DNA from: the human T2T-CHM13v2.0 reference genome, Homo sapiens
DNA length: 64,000 nucleotides
Reading direction: 5' to 3' (one strand)
Assembly (NCBI RefSeq): GCF_009914755.1
Contig: NC_060926.1
Below the pieces are notes generated by a model. The model made no database searches. It worked only from the letters and a program-made list of their open reading frames with translations, and had not been told where the DNA came from. The position numbers and the translations under genes are program-made. Shown one piece after another: positions 28,792 to 49,377 of the stretch. Position 1 is the first letter of the stretch. Every line of letters starts with the position of its first letter.

Positions 28792-29106
28792 TATTTTATT
28801 TATTTTATTATTATTATTTTTGAGACAGAATTTCACTCTTGTTGCCCAGGCTGGAGTGCAATGGCACCATTATCAGCTCACTGCAAACGCCATCTCTTGG
28901 GTTCAAGTGATTTTCCTGCCTCAGCTTTCCAAGTAGCTGGGCTTACAGGCACCCGCCACCACGCCGGACTAATTTTTTGTATTTTTAGTTGAGACGAGGT
29001 TTCACCATGTTGGCCAGGCTGGTCTCAAACTCCTGACCTCAGGTGATTCACACACCTTGGCCCCCAAAGTGCTGGGATTACAGGCGTGAGCCACCGCGCC
29101 CGGCCA
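28792..29106 (-). mobile_element. AluS
   Basis: Full dimer; TSD-like acattacttct / acatcacttct. Confidence 0.9.
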
Positions 29107-29737
29107 CATCACTTCTTTTTAGTAAAAGAAAAAATATATGTATGTATAGTTTAAGAAGAAGCTATATGTCAGTGGTGTTTCTACACAATATAAATGACTT
29201 TCTGGTTAGGATGTTTTTGTTTGTACTTAATAGACAAATTCTGTAATGTCTGTCACTTATTAAAATATTTCATTAAATGATGGAATATTTTTCTTGACTT
29301 TGACGGCACCATCCTTTCCTAGTTCTTCTACTGTCTCATTTCCTACTCATTTTCAGGCTCTTTTTAAATGAATTGTTCTTTATTTACTGTCCTCTTCCTT
29401 CACAATTTTATCTTTTTTCCCATAGCTTTAACTATACCTATTATCTGATGATTCCCAAATCTCTAGCTTTAGACTACAACTCCCCAGTGAGTTCCAGACT
29501 TGAATTTTTAGACATGCCTCAAACTCAGTATATATAATGTTAATTTTCTACCTATCCAAGCCTGCTCTCATCCTCTGTTTTACGTTTTAGTCAATGCTGC
29601 TACGTCTATGAGATACCACCATCACCCTCTACCTCCAAAGGTCCATGAAATCCTATAATTTCTGTCATCTAAATATTTCTCTAATATGACTCATTCTGAT
29701 TGTTGACTCATTGTTTTTCCTTAGTTCTGGGCATCCT

Positions 29738-30471
29738 GAAACTGTATGGAGGTTCCTCAAAAAACTAAAATAGAACTACTGTATCATCCAGTAGTCCCAC
29801 TTCTGGGTGTACATCCTAAGGAAGTAAAATCAGTATCTCAAAGAGACATCTGCACTCCACTCCCATGTTCATTATGGCTTTAATCACAATAGCCAAGATA
29901 TGGAAACCACCTAAGTGTCTGTCAATGGATGAATAAAGATAATGTGGCATATAAGTACACTGGGACGTTATTTAGCCTTAAAAAAGAAGGAAATCTTGCC
30001 ATTTGCGACAGCATGGATGAACCCATAGGACATTATGCTAAATGAAATAAGCCACAAAAAGAGAAATACTGCATGATCTCACTTATATGTGGAATCTAAA
30101 CAAGTCAAAATAGAGAGTAGGAGGGTGGTTCACATGGGACAGGGAGGTGGGGAAAATGGGGAGATGTTGGTCAACGGGTGTGTACTTTCAGTTATAAGAT
30201 GAATAAGTTCTGGAGATCTAATATACAACATGATGACTATAGCTGTAATATTCTCTTGTATACTTAAAATGCACTAAGCAAAGAGATCTTAAGTATTCTC
30301 AGTGCACACACATACACACAGACACATGTAACCATATGGGATGATGAATATGTTAGTTAACTTGATGTGACCATCATTTCACAGTGTATGCTTATATCAA
30401 AACTACATTGTCTACCTTCAATAATATAATTTTTGTCAATTATACCTCAGTAAAGCTGGAGGAAAAATAAA
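29738..30471 (+). mobile_element. L1MA-type 3' fragment
   Basis: atggaggttcctcaaaaaactaaaatagaactac...catggatgaacc..ggacattatgctaa...tatacctcagtaaagctgg plus A-rich tail. Confidence 0.85.
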
Positions 30472-30537
30472 AGATCATTCTGGCTGGAATAAGGAAAGTA
30501 GATTGCAGGGGGCTGAGAGGTGATACAGATAAACTAC

Positions 30538-31088
30538 TGTGCTGGAAAGAATTAACATAGAAGGCCTGACTGCTGTCCTTTGAAAGGCCTGCTTGCAAGG
30601 TTAGGCCTTGACTAGCATCTGGGAACTTGGATTTCAGGAGGGGTCCCACCATTCCCAGAATTGATAAGAGTGGCACACTATGCCTAAATTGTTTGTACAA
30701 AGAGTATGGTTTATGCCGAATGTACCTGCTTTCCTCTTGAGAGTCTGGAATTTTGGTATGTACTAGGAAGAGAGTACCTGCATGACCCCAGTAAAAACCT
30801 TGGGCACTGAGTCTCTAATGAGATACCCTGGTATCCATTTCCTACGTGCCATCACAGCTGGTTGTTGCTGGGGGAGTTTAGCACATCCTGTGTGGTTCTA
30901 CTGGAAGAAGACTCTGGAAGTTTCCTCTGGACTTCACCCAATGTGCCTTTTTTCCCTTTGCTGATTTTAACTTTTATCCTTTTGCAGTCATAAGTCATAA
31001 CAGCTATGAGTATGACTCTGTACTCAGTCTTTTAAGTCCTCCTAGTGAATCATCAAACCTGGCAGTGGTCTTGGGGACCCCCAACACA
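30538..31088 (+). mobile_element. MER68-like ERVL solo LTR
   Basis: Starts tgtgctggaaagaattaacatagaaggcctgac, ends gtggtcttggggacccccaacaCA. Confidence 0.7.
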
Positions 31089-31579
31089 GCCACTTTAGCT
31101 GGGATTATAGGTCTAGGCAAGAAAGGATGGAAGTCTAGTCCAGGGTGTTGAAACTGACGAGAAATATTTAAAAAGTAGAATTAACAGGACTTGGTGATTA
31201 TTTTAATGGGGAAATTGTCAAGAATATCTGCAAGTTTTTGACTCCAGCAACTGATTAAATGGTAGTATCCATTTACTAGGGGAGGAGTATAATATAATAG
31301 AAGGAACACTGAACCTGAAGAAAAATGATCTATATGGATTCAAGTTCAGACCTGGGTGCTTATTAGCTTTGATATCACAAGCACATCTTTCTGAAGCTCA
31401 GTTATCCTGTTGAGACTGTTTTGAGGATTGAATGAGACACTTGAAGAAAATTGCTAAGTTATTAGGTAAATATAAATGTTAATTATCAGTATTAAAGCTT
31501 CCATTTATTAAGTACCTAATATGTGCCAGAAGCTACCAGGCACTTTACATATTGTTACTACTATTTCATATTGCTAAGT

Positions 31580-32100
<521 letters not shown>

Positions 32101-32489
32101 TGCTATAGTTTTCATTAAATTCTGAAGCCAAATTAGTAACCTAAACATCAAGATTTTTTTTAACTTTGTAAGATTTATATCATATTCCATATAATACTAT
32201 CCTTATTAAGATGTGCATCATATAGGGGTAGATGATGTGTTGGTTTTAAACATTGAGACTCCCAAACGTTGTTATTGAGCATGTGAAGCCCAGGAAGGGC
32301 ATTTGCCAGGGTTCCACAGCTATTCCAAGGTTGAATGGCATTAGCACTCTGGTCTTCTGAAAGAGAGCACCCTTTCCACTATGCTGAGTACTTCTCATTT
32401 ATATGTTCTTTGGATGAATAGAGGAATTTTGCTTTCATAATTTCAGATCTGTTGGGCAGCAAATATAATAGTACATTATAATTTCAGAC

Positions 32490-32800
32490 TCTCATGTCTC
32501 TAACCCCAGCTCTTTGGGAGGCTGCAGTGGGAGGATTGCTTGAGCCCAAGGAATTTGAGACTAGCCTGGGCAACATAGGGAGGCCCCATCTCTACAAAAA
32601 ATAAAAAGCTAATCAGGCGTAGTGGCACATGCCTGTAGTCCCAGCTACTGTTGGGCGGGGCAGATTACAGGCTGAGATGAGAGGATCGCTTGAGCTTGGG
32701 AGGTCGAGGCTTCAGTAAACTGTGATCATGCCACTGTACTCCAGGCACCACACTGCCTGGGTGACAGACTGAGACCTCGTCTCAAAAACAAACAAAAAAA
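32490..32800 (+). mobile_element. AluJ-like
   Basis: ccagctctttgggaggctg...gagacctcgtctcaaaaacaaacaaaaaaa. Confidence 0.85.
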
Positions 32801-32920
32801 CTATTAAGTGTTGAAAACAAAAACCAATTACATATGCAAGGAAAGGCATATATTTGTAAAACTATGTTGAGTACAAAATATCTAGATTCCAAAGAAATAA
32901 TGATTTTTTTTCTCTTGCAG

Positions 32921-33045
32921 ACCACTTTACCTGCATTGTGAAGGTACTTTTTACCCTACTGTACACACAGGCTCTTGCAGCACTCTCAGTTAAATGCAGC
33001 GAAGAAGATAGGTCAGCCTGGAAACACGCGGGAGCTCTCAAAAAG
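32921..33045 (+). CDS. UBR3: UBR3 coding exon
   Basis: Acceptor tttttctcttgcag|AC, donor AAG|gttagg. Encodes DHFTCIVKVLFTLLYTQALAALSVKCSEEDRSAWKHAGALKK. Confidence 0.94.
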
Positions 33046-33425
33046 GTTAGGCTCTTTCTAAATTTGTCATTTAGCAGGTAGGTGAAGTCATTTAAGCTGG
33101 GGATATTGAGTGAATAAGAGTAGGTGTTACAAAATGAGTTATTGGTATTTTAATTGTAAATTGAGCACCTACAGGCTAAAAAATGTTTAAAATGTTTTCA
33201 CTAAACAATGAGGACTTCTATATCTGTCTCTAAACCTCATCCTTTTATCCCTTTATATTTGAGCAGTTTTGTTTTGCTTTTTCTGCAAGCCTTAAACTTA
33301 GAGAAGTTATAAAAATTGTGCTAACACAGTGAGCACATGATAAAATATCTGCAGACTTATCTATTTTATTCGCCACTTTTTCTTTTTGTCCCTATCCCCA
33401 ATCACAATCCAAAGATAGCTTTTGA

Positions 33426-33765
<340 letters not shown>

Positions 33766-34569
33766 GTCCTAGCCTTTTCTTAATTATGCATCTTGAAATA
33801 TTACCTTTTTTCTTGTTAGAATATGTACAAGTTCTTAGGAAACTCAAAGGAACTCAGTTTAAGCTAAATTATGCAAACTATTTAGAAAAATTATGCTAAA
33901 TGTAAATACTTTCAGTAGCTTGAGAACAAATGAGATACTATAGAGTTATAGAACCGAAGAACTGAGTGGTTCAGCTTAGAGACAGATAAAAGAAGAAAAT
34001 TGCTTCAGTGTTTATTTGTAGAAGTTGGTAGGAAAAATAATAGGTATAGTGTAAATTGAACCTTTTGATTGGCTCACAGAGTCTTAAGGGGTTTTTAAAT
34101 GTCATTAAAACTTTTTTTGTTGAAATCATATCTACTTGTATCAAAGGAGAGAAAACCAATTATAAATACATGAAATGTATTCAATATAACCTTCACTGTT
34201 ATCATCAGTTTACTCTCATATCACAATTATGTGTACATTTAATATCGTATCATCACAGAGTTCACTGTGTGTTAATTATGGGTTAAGAATAATTATTTAT
34301 TATGTGTCAGTTGGCCATCAAACCCAAGTACAAGGCCAATCTCCTGCTACTAAATAGAGATGTTACTTTTTTAGTCAAAACATAACTGTCTAAGCCTCAG
34401 CTTTCTCAAAGGTAAATGAAAGGTTTGGACCATATGATTTATAAGGGCACTTCTATTTCAATTCTGTTATTCTAAATTCTCAAAATTAATTTCTGTCTTT
34501 CTTGAAAGATTTTTTCCCCCTTGTTGCTGGTTAATTCTTGGACAGTTTTTCTTTTTGTAATTATCTTTA

Positions 34570-34876
34570 GTTTTTTCTTTTTTTTGTTTTTTTGAGACAG
34601 GGTCTCATTGTCACCCAGGCTGTAGTGCAATGGTATGATCAGGGCTCACTGCAGCCTCAACCTCCTGGGCCCAAGGGATCCTCCCACCTCAGCCCTGACG
34701 AGTAGTTGGGGCTACAGGCTTGTGCCACCACACACAGCTGATTTTTTGTATTTTTAGTAGAGCTGGGTTTTTACCATGTTGCCCAGGCTGGTCTTGAATT
34801 CCTGGACTCAAGGTAATCCACCTGCCTTGGCCTCCCAAAGTGCTGGGATTACAGGCATGAGCCACCTTGCCTGGCC
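34570..34876 (-). mobile_element. AluJ-like
   Basis: Diverged full dimer. Confidence 0.85.
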
Positions 34877-35913
34877 TATTTTTCCTAAATATTCTTTTAA
34901 TTTTTCTGACTGCAATGTAATCTGATATTTGGATTGTTAGTGTTCAGATAGTATTCAAATCAGGTATATTAGGTTTCTGTGCTGTGTCATTATTTAAATG
35001 TTTCCTTAGTAAGCTGTCTAATCATGAAAAATAACACATTTAAGAAATTTGCTGATAAAATTTGGGTCTAACTATTTACAATTGTAAATCTATGAAGGGA
35101 GGAACATGATGTAATTTAGGTAACTGGTCCAGTTTTTTTCTGAACCTCGTAATTGTTAGTTATTTTTAAAAAACACTTAATAAAATACTTTATATGAGAC
35201 AGATTCTTATCAGAACATTAATTAGAAGTATATTGGCTTATAGCCATATAAATATATATTAGTGTATTAGTTTATAGCTATATAAATATATAATTTTCTT
35301 TAGTGAAAGAAAATTAAAAATTACGATAGTCTGTAGGTTGATTTACTACGTTATTAGCTTTTTCTATAATAGACATAAACATTTAGATACATAGCAGTTT
35401 GTAAATGCCTGTAATACCAACAACTATACTGTAATACACTATTTTATGTTAGGAACTTGAGGATCTATGGATTTTGGTTTCCAAGGGGTGGTTCCTGGAA
35501 CCCATCCATCATGGAAACTGGGAGACAACCATATTTATGAGTGATGAAATATACCACTGTGACCTCTGTAACTACTTAGATTTCTGCATCATTGATTACT
35601 CTTATTTTTTCACTTCCTTCTTTACGTCTTCTCTCACCCCTTTCCTTCCTTTCTTCCTTTCTTCATTGAATTTCACTTATTCGCTTCATCTCTTTAATTG
35701 CTTATGTTTGGCATACTAATTGTAATGAAAATGTATTTTTGCCAGATCTCATCTGGCCTATGGTAGTAAAAATATCGGTATTATATATTTTTTGAAGGGG
35801 TGTTAATTTGATAATGAGATTTAGTTCTGAAAAAGTCATCATTCCAGTTAGTGTAACTCATACTTTTTTGGTCAATGGAATTTCTGCTAAGAGTCTTTAT
35901 ACTAGAATTTCTT

Positions 35914-36285
<372 letters not shown>

Positions 36286-38535
36286 TAGTCTGGGATCCTT
36301 GGATAGGTTTTGTTGTTTTGTTTGCTGGGGTGTGGTATCATAGCATCCAAAACATATTGAAATCAAAAACTTTAAGAAATACTGTAATTTAGACAAAGTA
36401 TTCTACCCAGCACAGACTCTCTTGCATCTCTCGACCCTTGATCCTTTTTTAAATTTAACCCACATACTTTTGCCACCTCCCCCTTAGGATTCTTCTTATC
36501 TCGATTTTAGGTCTTTCATCCATGTTCTCAGAAATCATCTTTCTTAAGCTTCAAGAGCCTACTTTTTCGTTTATTCAAAGATTGCCTATATAAAATATTT
36601 TTCTTAATACTTTGTATTGTGAAGAAGTCTCAATACAAAGCAGTGAACATTACATTATATTTAACTTTCTGATATGATATAAAATTTGCCATGTGTAAAA
36701 TAAGTGCTCAAAATGTATTTGTTAATAATGACTTAAAAGTCAAGTTATCACTCAGTGACTTACTTAGCTGATCTGAACAGAAATACTCTTCTGTTGTACT
36801 CTTTGAATCTTTTACTCAGAAAAGTATATTGAATTTAGGAAGCTTTTAGACTGAATTGTACATTTAGAGAAACTTAACTATGCCACATTGATTAATAAAT
36901 AGCAAATCTGTGGTAGTTTGAGTTTTCTACAAATCTATGGTAGTGTTTTGAGTTTAGGTGAACTCTGCCTATTTAAGAGATAATTTACTTAAATCAATTT
37001 TAAAAACATGATACATTGCTGTTTTGATATTTAGCGAGATATTGATTCTTGTGAATTATATGTAATCTATAGGTTATTAATATTTAACACGTAATCATAC
37101 TGGTGATTAATTAGGTAAGGATGGGGCAAGTCACATGATATAAGGAGAACCACCGCAGAGTCAGAGTCATTTTTATAGTTTAGAATCAGGACATAATACT
37201 ACATGGCTGAGTGAATATGGCGGAAAGCACAGGAGCAATTTAAAGATAATGCAAAGAAGTGATTATCAGAAGAGGCACACCCAAGCAAGTTCCAAGGTCC
37301 AATACTCCAAAACTTCAGTATTACCAAAATAAATTTCATCAGTTAATTAGCAGGTATTTCTTGCTCAGATTTTTGTTATGCAGAGGGATACGTGGGAAAT
37401 AAAAAGCATAGTTCATGATATTTTGGAATTTACAGTCTAGTTGGAAAGAGCACAGTAACATGAACGAAACAATGAGGAACTATAGAAAGACCAAATATCA
37501 TCCAATAATAAATTCTCTGATCCAAACTATCAGTGCCTTAAAAGTTTAGGTTAAACTTACATTCTGTGGTGTTTATCCCTTCCTATATTTTAGGATTTTA
37601 AAAGTATAGTTAATAAGTAGAATAAAGGACATCATAGCAGTTCTGACTTTATCCCAATTTACATTTTATGGTAATTTGCATGTTACACTTTATATTTCAG
37701 TGAATATAAAAAGAACTGCATTTCTTTATGTATAAAGATCTTATTGACATAAATTTGAATTCATAAAAAGCCATTATTTTTTCTTTCTGATAAAAATGGA
37801 AGTAGGACACTAAGATCAACTTGTAGACTGTTACTTAATGTCATTATCTGAATATTCTGTAATAAATATATTGTCCTATTTTATTTTTATAGTGTATTAT
37901 TTTAATAAATCCTCAAAGACATTTGAGGGAAATTGTAAATGAAAAAAATTTGTGGTCTATATTTTTTCTATTGTATGCATATGTTATATGCATATATTAT
38001 ACCACTATAATGACTATATCTTTTTTAAATTTGGCTCTTTTCACATTGTAAATATTTTTCGTACAGCTTAAATTTGCCACATTCGCTGCTTAGAAAATGT
38101 TTTTTAAGTTGGTATTCCATTTTTTAGGTAACTCCCTCAGTCTTGCTGGTCATTTCTAGGTTCTTGCTGTAATAGTGCTGTACTGGATGTCTTGTACATA
38201 TAGCTATTTTTTTTCTTTTGGATTATATCCCTGGAAAGAATTCCCAGGGGTGGGAATTACTTGGTCAAAAAACATGATTTACATATGTTTATTTACATAT
38301 AATTATGTAATTTATATGCTGTCTTTTAAAGAAGTGTTGGAATAGCTTTGACCAACTACCCAGTTTCATTGTGAATCCAGAGGTGTACAGTTTTACCCAA
38401 ATTTTGAAGAATTGAAGCTCATATGCTTGAAAAATAATATAATCACAGTTTTACTCTACTCATTAAAAATTATTTCCAATGTAAATTTTTTATAATTTTC
38501 AGTGACCAGTGTAACCAATATTTTAATTTTTTCAG

Positions 38536-38643
38536 AGTACATGTGATGCAGAAAAGTCTTACGAAGTATTACTGAGCTTTGTGATAAGTGAACTATTTAA
38601 AGGAAAGTTATACCATGAAGAAGGAACTCAGGAATGTGCAATG
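38536..38643 (+). CDS. UBR3: UBR3 coding exon
   Basis: Acceptor ttttttcag|AGT, donor ATG|gtatgt. Encodes STCDAEKSYEVLLSFVISELFKGKLYHEEGTQECAM (108 nt, phase 0-0). Confidence 0.93.
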
Positions 38644-38774
38644 GTATGTTTCTGCAAAAATCAGATGTAGCGGTTATTTAGTAAAAAATTTACATTTTCT
38701 TGCCATTATGAATGTAATTTTTAAAAACTCTTTATTGTAGACTGACTTGTTCAAATTTTCTTTTTTAACTTTAG

Positions 38775-38900
38775 GTTAACCCTATTGCTTGGTCTCCTGA
38801 ATCCATGGAAAAATGCTTACAGGACTTCTGCTTACCTTTTCTCAGAATCACCAGCCTTCTTCAGCACCACCTTTTTGGGGAAGATTTACCTAGCTGCCAG
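38775..38900 (+). CDS. UBR3: UBR3 coding exon
   Basis: Follows a 131-nt intron. Acceptor ctttag|GTT, donor CAG|gtagat. Encodes [42 protein letters not shown]. Confidence 0.94.
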
Positions 38901-38930
38901 GTAGATAATTTGGGATATGTAAGAGGGAGC

Positions 38931-39226
38931 TTTTTTTTTTTCAGATGGAGTCTCTCTCTGTTGCCCAGACTGGAGTGCAGTGGCACAATCTCGGCTTACT
39001 GCAACCTCCGCCTGCCAGGTTCAAGCAATCCTCCTCCCTCAGCCCCTCTAGTAACTGGGATTACAGGCACACACCACCAGGCCCAGCTAATTTTTGTATT
39101 TGTAGTAGAGACAAGGTTTCACCACATTGGCCAGGCTGGTCTCAAACTCCTGACCTCAGGTGATCTACCTGCCTCGGCCTCCCAAAATGCTGGAATTACA
39201 GGCATGAGCCACCGCACTAGCCAAGC
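38931..39226 (-). mobile_element. AluS starting 30 nt after a UBR3 donor site
   Basis: T tail, then cagatggagtctctc...gagccaccgcactagcc. Confidence 0.9.
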
Positions 39227-40936
39227 CTTGTTTTTATAATAAGCTATTTTGTTTTAAATATACTGGTATGTAGTGTAGTACATATGTAACTGTCATATGA
39301 CTATATGTTAATCTAGCTTAAAGGAATAAATATTTAGGATATTTACTATTTTTGTTGTATTTGTTAACATCCACCCATTTTTATGATAATATTACTAATA
39401 TTGGATATTTGAGCAGCTTTGGATTAGATCAATGATGATACATTCCCAGTACTTGATGAATAGGACCATAGGATTCAGTCTTATTGACATTTGTATCCCT
39501 AACATCGTCTGCTTTTAATATTCTTTTAAAAGTTATGTTGGTCAGAAAACCGGTTGGTTGAAGATATGACAGCATTTATAGCAGTATTCAGTTTGTAGCC
39601 AGTTGTATTAAAATGGGTGAATGAATTATCACTGGTTTAATCTATTTCATAAAACTGTGGATTGATATGAGTGGGCAAGAAAGTGACAGGGTAGGAAACC
39701 AGAAGGTAAGTAAACCCAAACTGTGCTTATAGGAATGTGATCCTGACTTATCTGCCATTCAGTTCTAGGGAATTTGATGTGGAAATTAAACATTTATCAT
39801 ATTTATGGCCTTTGAATCCTGAAGTACATCAGAATTAAGCAGTTTTGTGTTCCCTTTTTCTTAAGTAATTCACCATTACATTAAATAGTTTTGAATTCTT
39901 TCATTTTTATCAAGTGCTTCAAGACATATGCTGCACATTTGTCACCAAAACATTCTTTTTAGAGTTATAAGATGTTGAACAAATTCTTAGAATAATCATT
40001 CATTAGATATTTTCTTTCACAGTTTTTAAATTTTATATTTTAAAAAAGTGTGTTTCTTTCTGGCATATGGGCATCCTCAAGCATGGAGAAGAGTAACCAA
40101 ACAAAATCAACTTCTTTTACCACCTGTACTTTTTTCACATTTAAAGGCCATTGGCTGTGGTTCTCTCTGTTCTTGTTACCTTATGGCTTATTTTGTCATT
40201 TGTTTTTATGAGAAAGTATTTTTTGCCCATAAGTTGGAAAGTATGTGGAGGCAGAAGTTCTTGAGCTGGGCGTTGAAAGTTGGTCTGGTGTTTGAGTGTA
40301 CAGTGATGCCTGTAGTGGAATACCACACATATTTAGACCAAGAAAGAAATACATTCAATATGTTGCATAGAAAGGAACAGTGTGACATAGTGAAGAAAGA
40401 GATTAAAATATAGTTGTAATGGATCTTGAATTTCATATGAGGGAATTTGGACCATTGAAAGATGTTAGACAAAAATATGATATGATTCAAATTGTGTTTC
40501 AGGATAAAACCTCATTCTAGTATAAGACAGATTGTGAAGAATAGACAGATGGGAACAGAATAGACCAGTTAGGAAAGGACATACTGGGAATAGAAGAGGC
40601 TGGAGAGCGATTAGAGATTCAGAGATAAAATAGGATGTGACAACTAGTTGAATGTGTGAGAGTCAAGAGAAAAGGAAGAATCATACTATACTTGTTTCTT
40701 GAGACCGAGAGACATGAACTTTTAGGGAAAACTTAATAGAAGGAGGAAATACAGGGCAGATGCACAGGGGATGGAATGAAAGTACTTTGTGTATATTCAG
40801 ATTGAGGGATAGTTGGACCCTTTAGGCGGACCTGTTCAACTGAAGTGAGAAAAGTGAGATCAGAGCTTTAGATAGAAATTTGTTCTCCTTTTATTTAGTT
40901 TCTGTCATCTGTGTAATCTTACTTTGTTTGTGTATA

Positions 40937-41170
40937 CAGTAGTACCCCCTTATCTGCGATTTTGCTGTGGCTTTTGTTACCCATGGTATACTGCAATCTG
41001 AAAATATTAAATGAAAAATTCCAGAAAAAAACTATTCATAAGTTTTAAATTGCACACCATTCTGAGTAGCATGATGAAATCTCATGCTGTCTTGTTTGGG
41101 ACATAAATCCTGTCTCACACTGTCCTACTAGGAACATAAATCATCTTTTTGTCCAGCATATTCATGCTGT
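40937..41170 (+). mobile_element. MER44-type left-end fragment
   Basis: TA|cagtagtacccccttatctgcg...; similar to 25100-25310. Confidence 0.7.
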
Positions 41171-42240
41171 CATCTTCCAATATATTTTTCCCACATCGAT
41201 TTATTTTTCACTGATGAACATCCAGGCTGCCTCCAACTCTTTGCTTCCATGGAAAAAAATTAACTCTTGCTATGAACCTAATATGTTGTATATTGTAATA
41301 TAAAGATTTCTTTAATATAAAGTTTCTCTGGGCTGTGTACCAGCTGTGGGATTGTTGGAGCCATAGGATACATTCTACCTATTTGTTTTTCTAAATGGCT
41401 GCTCAAGGCTTATATTCCCATTTGTAGTGCAAGAGGATTCTTGTTTTCCCCCATATACTTGCCAGCAGTTCTTCTTAGCCAGTGTGTAATGTTTGGCAGT
41501 CAGTTGAGTACAAAGCATATGCTTATGGTTAATTTAATTTGCATTTCTCTAATTATAAATGCAATTTCATATATTCATATACTTAGCCAGTTAAATTTCC
41601 CTCTGTATACTTTCTGTTCCTAGTCTGGCCCTTTTTAAAAATTGGGTTTCTGTGATTATCTTCATTCTGTTTTTAAGCATAGTAGATATCTTTTCACTGG
41701 CTTTGTTTAGCCATAGTGTCCTTTGTGGAATAGAAATTTTTCAGTTTAATGTTGTTAGAACGATTACCTTTTTCTTTATGACTTGTACTTTTAGAATCTT
41801 ATTTTAAAAATTCTTTTCCATCATATACCCCAGAAATATACACACCTACTATGTACCCACAAAAATTAAAAATTAAAAAAAAATCCTTTTCCAGCCTAAA
41901 ATTATAAATTTATTTTGTATTTTCTTCTATTATTTTCATAATTTTATCTTCACATTTAGATTTTTAATTCAGTCTGGAGTTTATTTTGTGGTGTGGTATG
42001 AGGTAAAGCTCTAATTTTTTCTCTATTTGATAAGACAGTTTTTCCAGCACTATGTACAAATTATTTATGAAATAATGTAACTTTTTTGGACTGATTTTTC
42101 ATGGTATCAAGTTTTCAAATTTCTGGATTATTATATACTATTAAGCTATTTGTTTCTGTACTAGCAGCAGTTTGTTTTAATTACTGTGGTTTTATTATAG
42201 ACATTATATCTGATAGTGTGAATGTCCAATTTATTCTTGA

Positions 42241-43022
<782 letters not shown>

Positions 43023-44139
43023 ACACTTTTAATAGAATTTTTTAATCGTCCAAGTAAGTCTGGAGCATTTTTTTTTATAAAGCTAATTAATTCTAGAGGC
43101 TTTATGGTTGTGATTTCTATTTAAATGATATCTTCTGTTACATTATCTGATTAATTTTTACTGGCATGTACAAATACCATTGATTTTTATATAGTTTTCT
43201 GACTGGCCACTTGCAAAGTTTTTTATTCTAATAACTTGCCTTTTTACTATTTTAGGTATTCTATATAATTATGATCATATAATCTGAAAATACTATATGT
43301 CCCATTTTAAGTCTTTATTTCTCTGTTGTCTTAGTGCACATCCAGTACTATTTTGAGCCGTGGAAGTGATAGGTAGTGCCCTACCCCACCCCCCGCAAAA
43401 AAAATGCTTCTACGTATCCCGTGCCTTTTTTTTTTTTGCTTTTATTATAAATAGAATCATTTAAGAGTTATGTTTTCTATGTGTCGCTAAAATGTAGAAA
43501 CTTAATGGAATTTTTGAACATTAATCTTAGACATTTAGCTGTCCTGCTAAATTCAGTTATTCTTTCTAATAGTCTGGAGACTCTCAAGCTTAGCAGTACA
43601 TTTTTTAATCAAACATTTTGTTAAGCATAGGAAATAATCAAGAATGGTAACTAGTAGATGTTCTAACACAGCAAGCTTGTTCTCCACAGTAATCTATTAG
43701 ACTTCCTAATTTTGTTAAATATCTTAGTCTAGCACTATTTCTACCACCATGTTAGGACTAATGATAGTAACCTATATAGTTCCCTTATCTTTTCTCTCTT
43801 CTTAAATGAATCTGTCTCATTTATTCTCTAACTCCAGAATTCTAAATAGAGCAGCTTCACATAACTTTTAAGTTCCATAGCATTGTTTGTAAAGTAGTTT
43901 GTGTATGTGCATTTTTATTGGAAGAAAATAGTTATAAGATTCTCTGAGGGGCTCATGATTATCTAGCCCCCCCCACCTCCATAAAACTTGAAGAACATTA
44001 ATATATCTCCTTTTTTTCTTCTTCTGTCAAAATAATTTTCCCATGAAAAAATAATGATAGCTAGCATTTACTACACATTGACTACATGCTAAGCACTGTT
44101 TAAGTGCTTTGCATTTTAATTCATTTAAACTTCGTTATA

Positions 44140-44553
<414 letters not shown>

Positions 44554-44759
44554 TCAAGATTCACACCTCGTAAGTAAAGCAGGCAGAATTTGAAAACATT
44601 TAGTTTGAACCCTGACCCTACACTGTTAACATCTGGACCCAGGCTATGCTGTTCCTTGCCACACAAAACATTTTTTGAGTTTCCTATCATAAGCTGGAAA
44701 AATGTTGCTATTTTTCTACCATTGGCAGTTCCCATCTTCCCAAGTTATTTTGTGCATTA

Positions 44760-49110
<4,351 letters not shown>

Positions 49111-49377
49111 AAAATGCCTTCTTTGTTAAACTATATAAATGGAAGATTTGTAAATTTCTAGATATTTGAAAATTAACATGTTTCTCAGCCTGCATATAAT
49201 TTTTCTTTTTCATCTGCATTTCTTCTTTGTAGCATATTTCAGAATTTTGTACTTAATGTGCATAATTAGTTTTGCAGACATTTGTTGAACGTCTGCTATG
49301 TGCCAAGCATTAGGAGGACAGAGTTCCTACTTCCAGAGAACTCACAGTTTTATGGAGAAGGCAAATTTGATTTTAAA

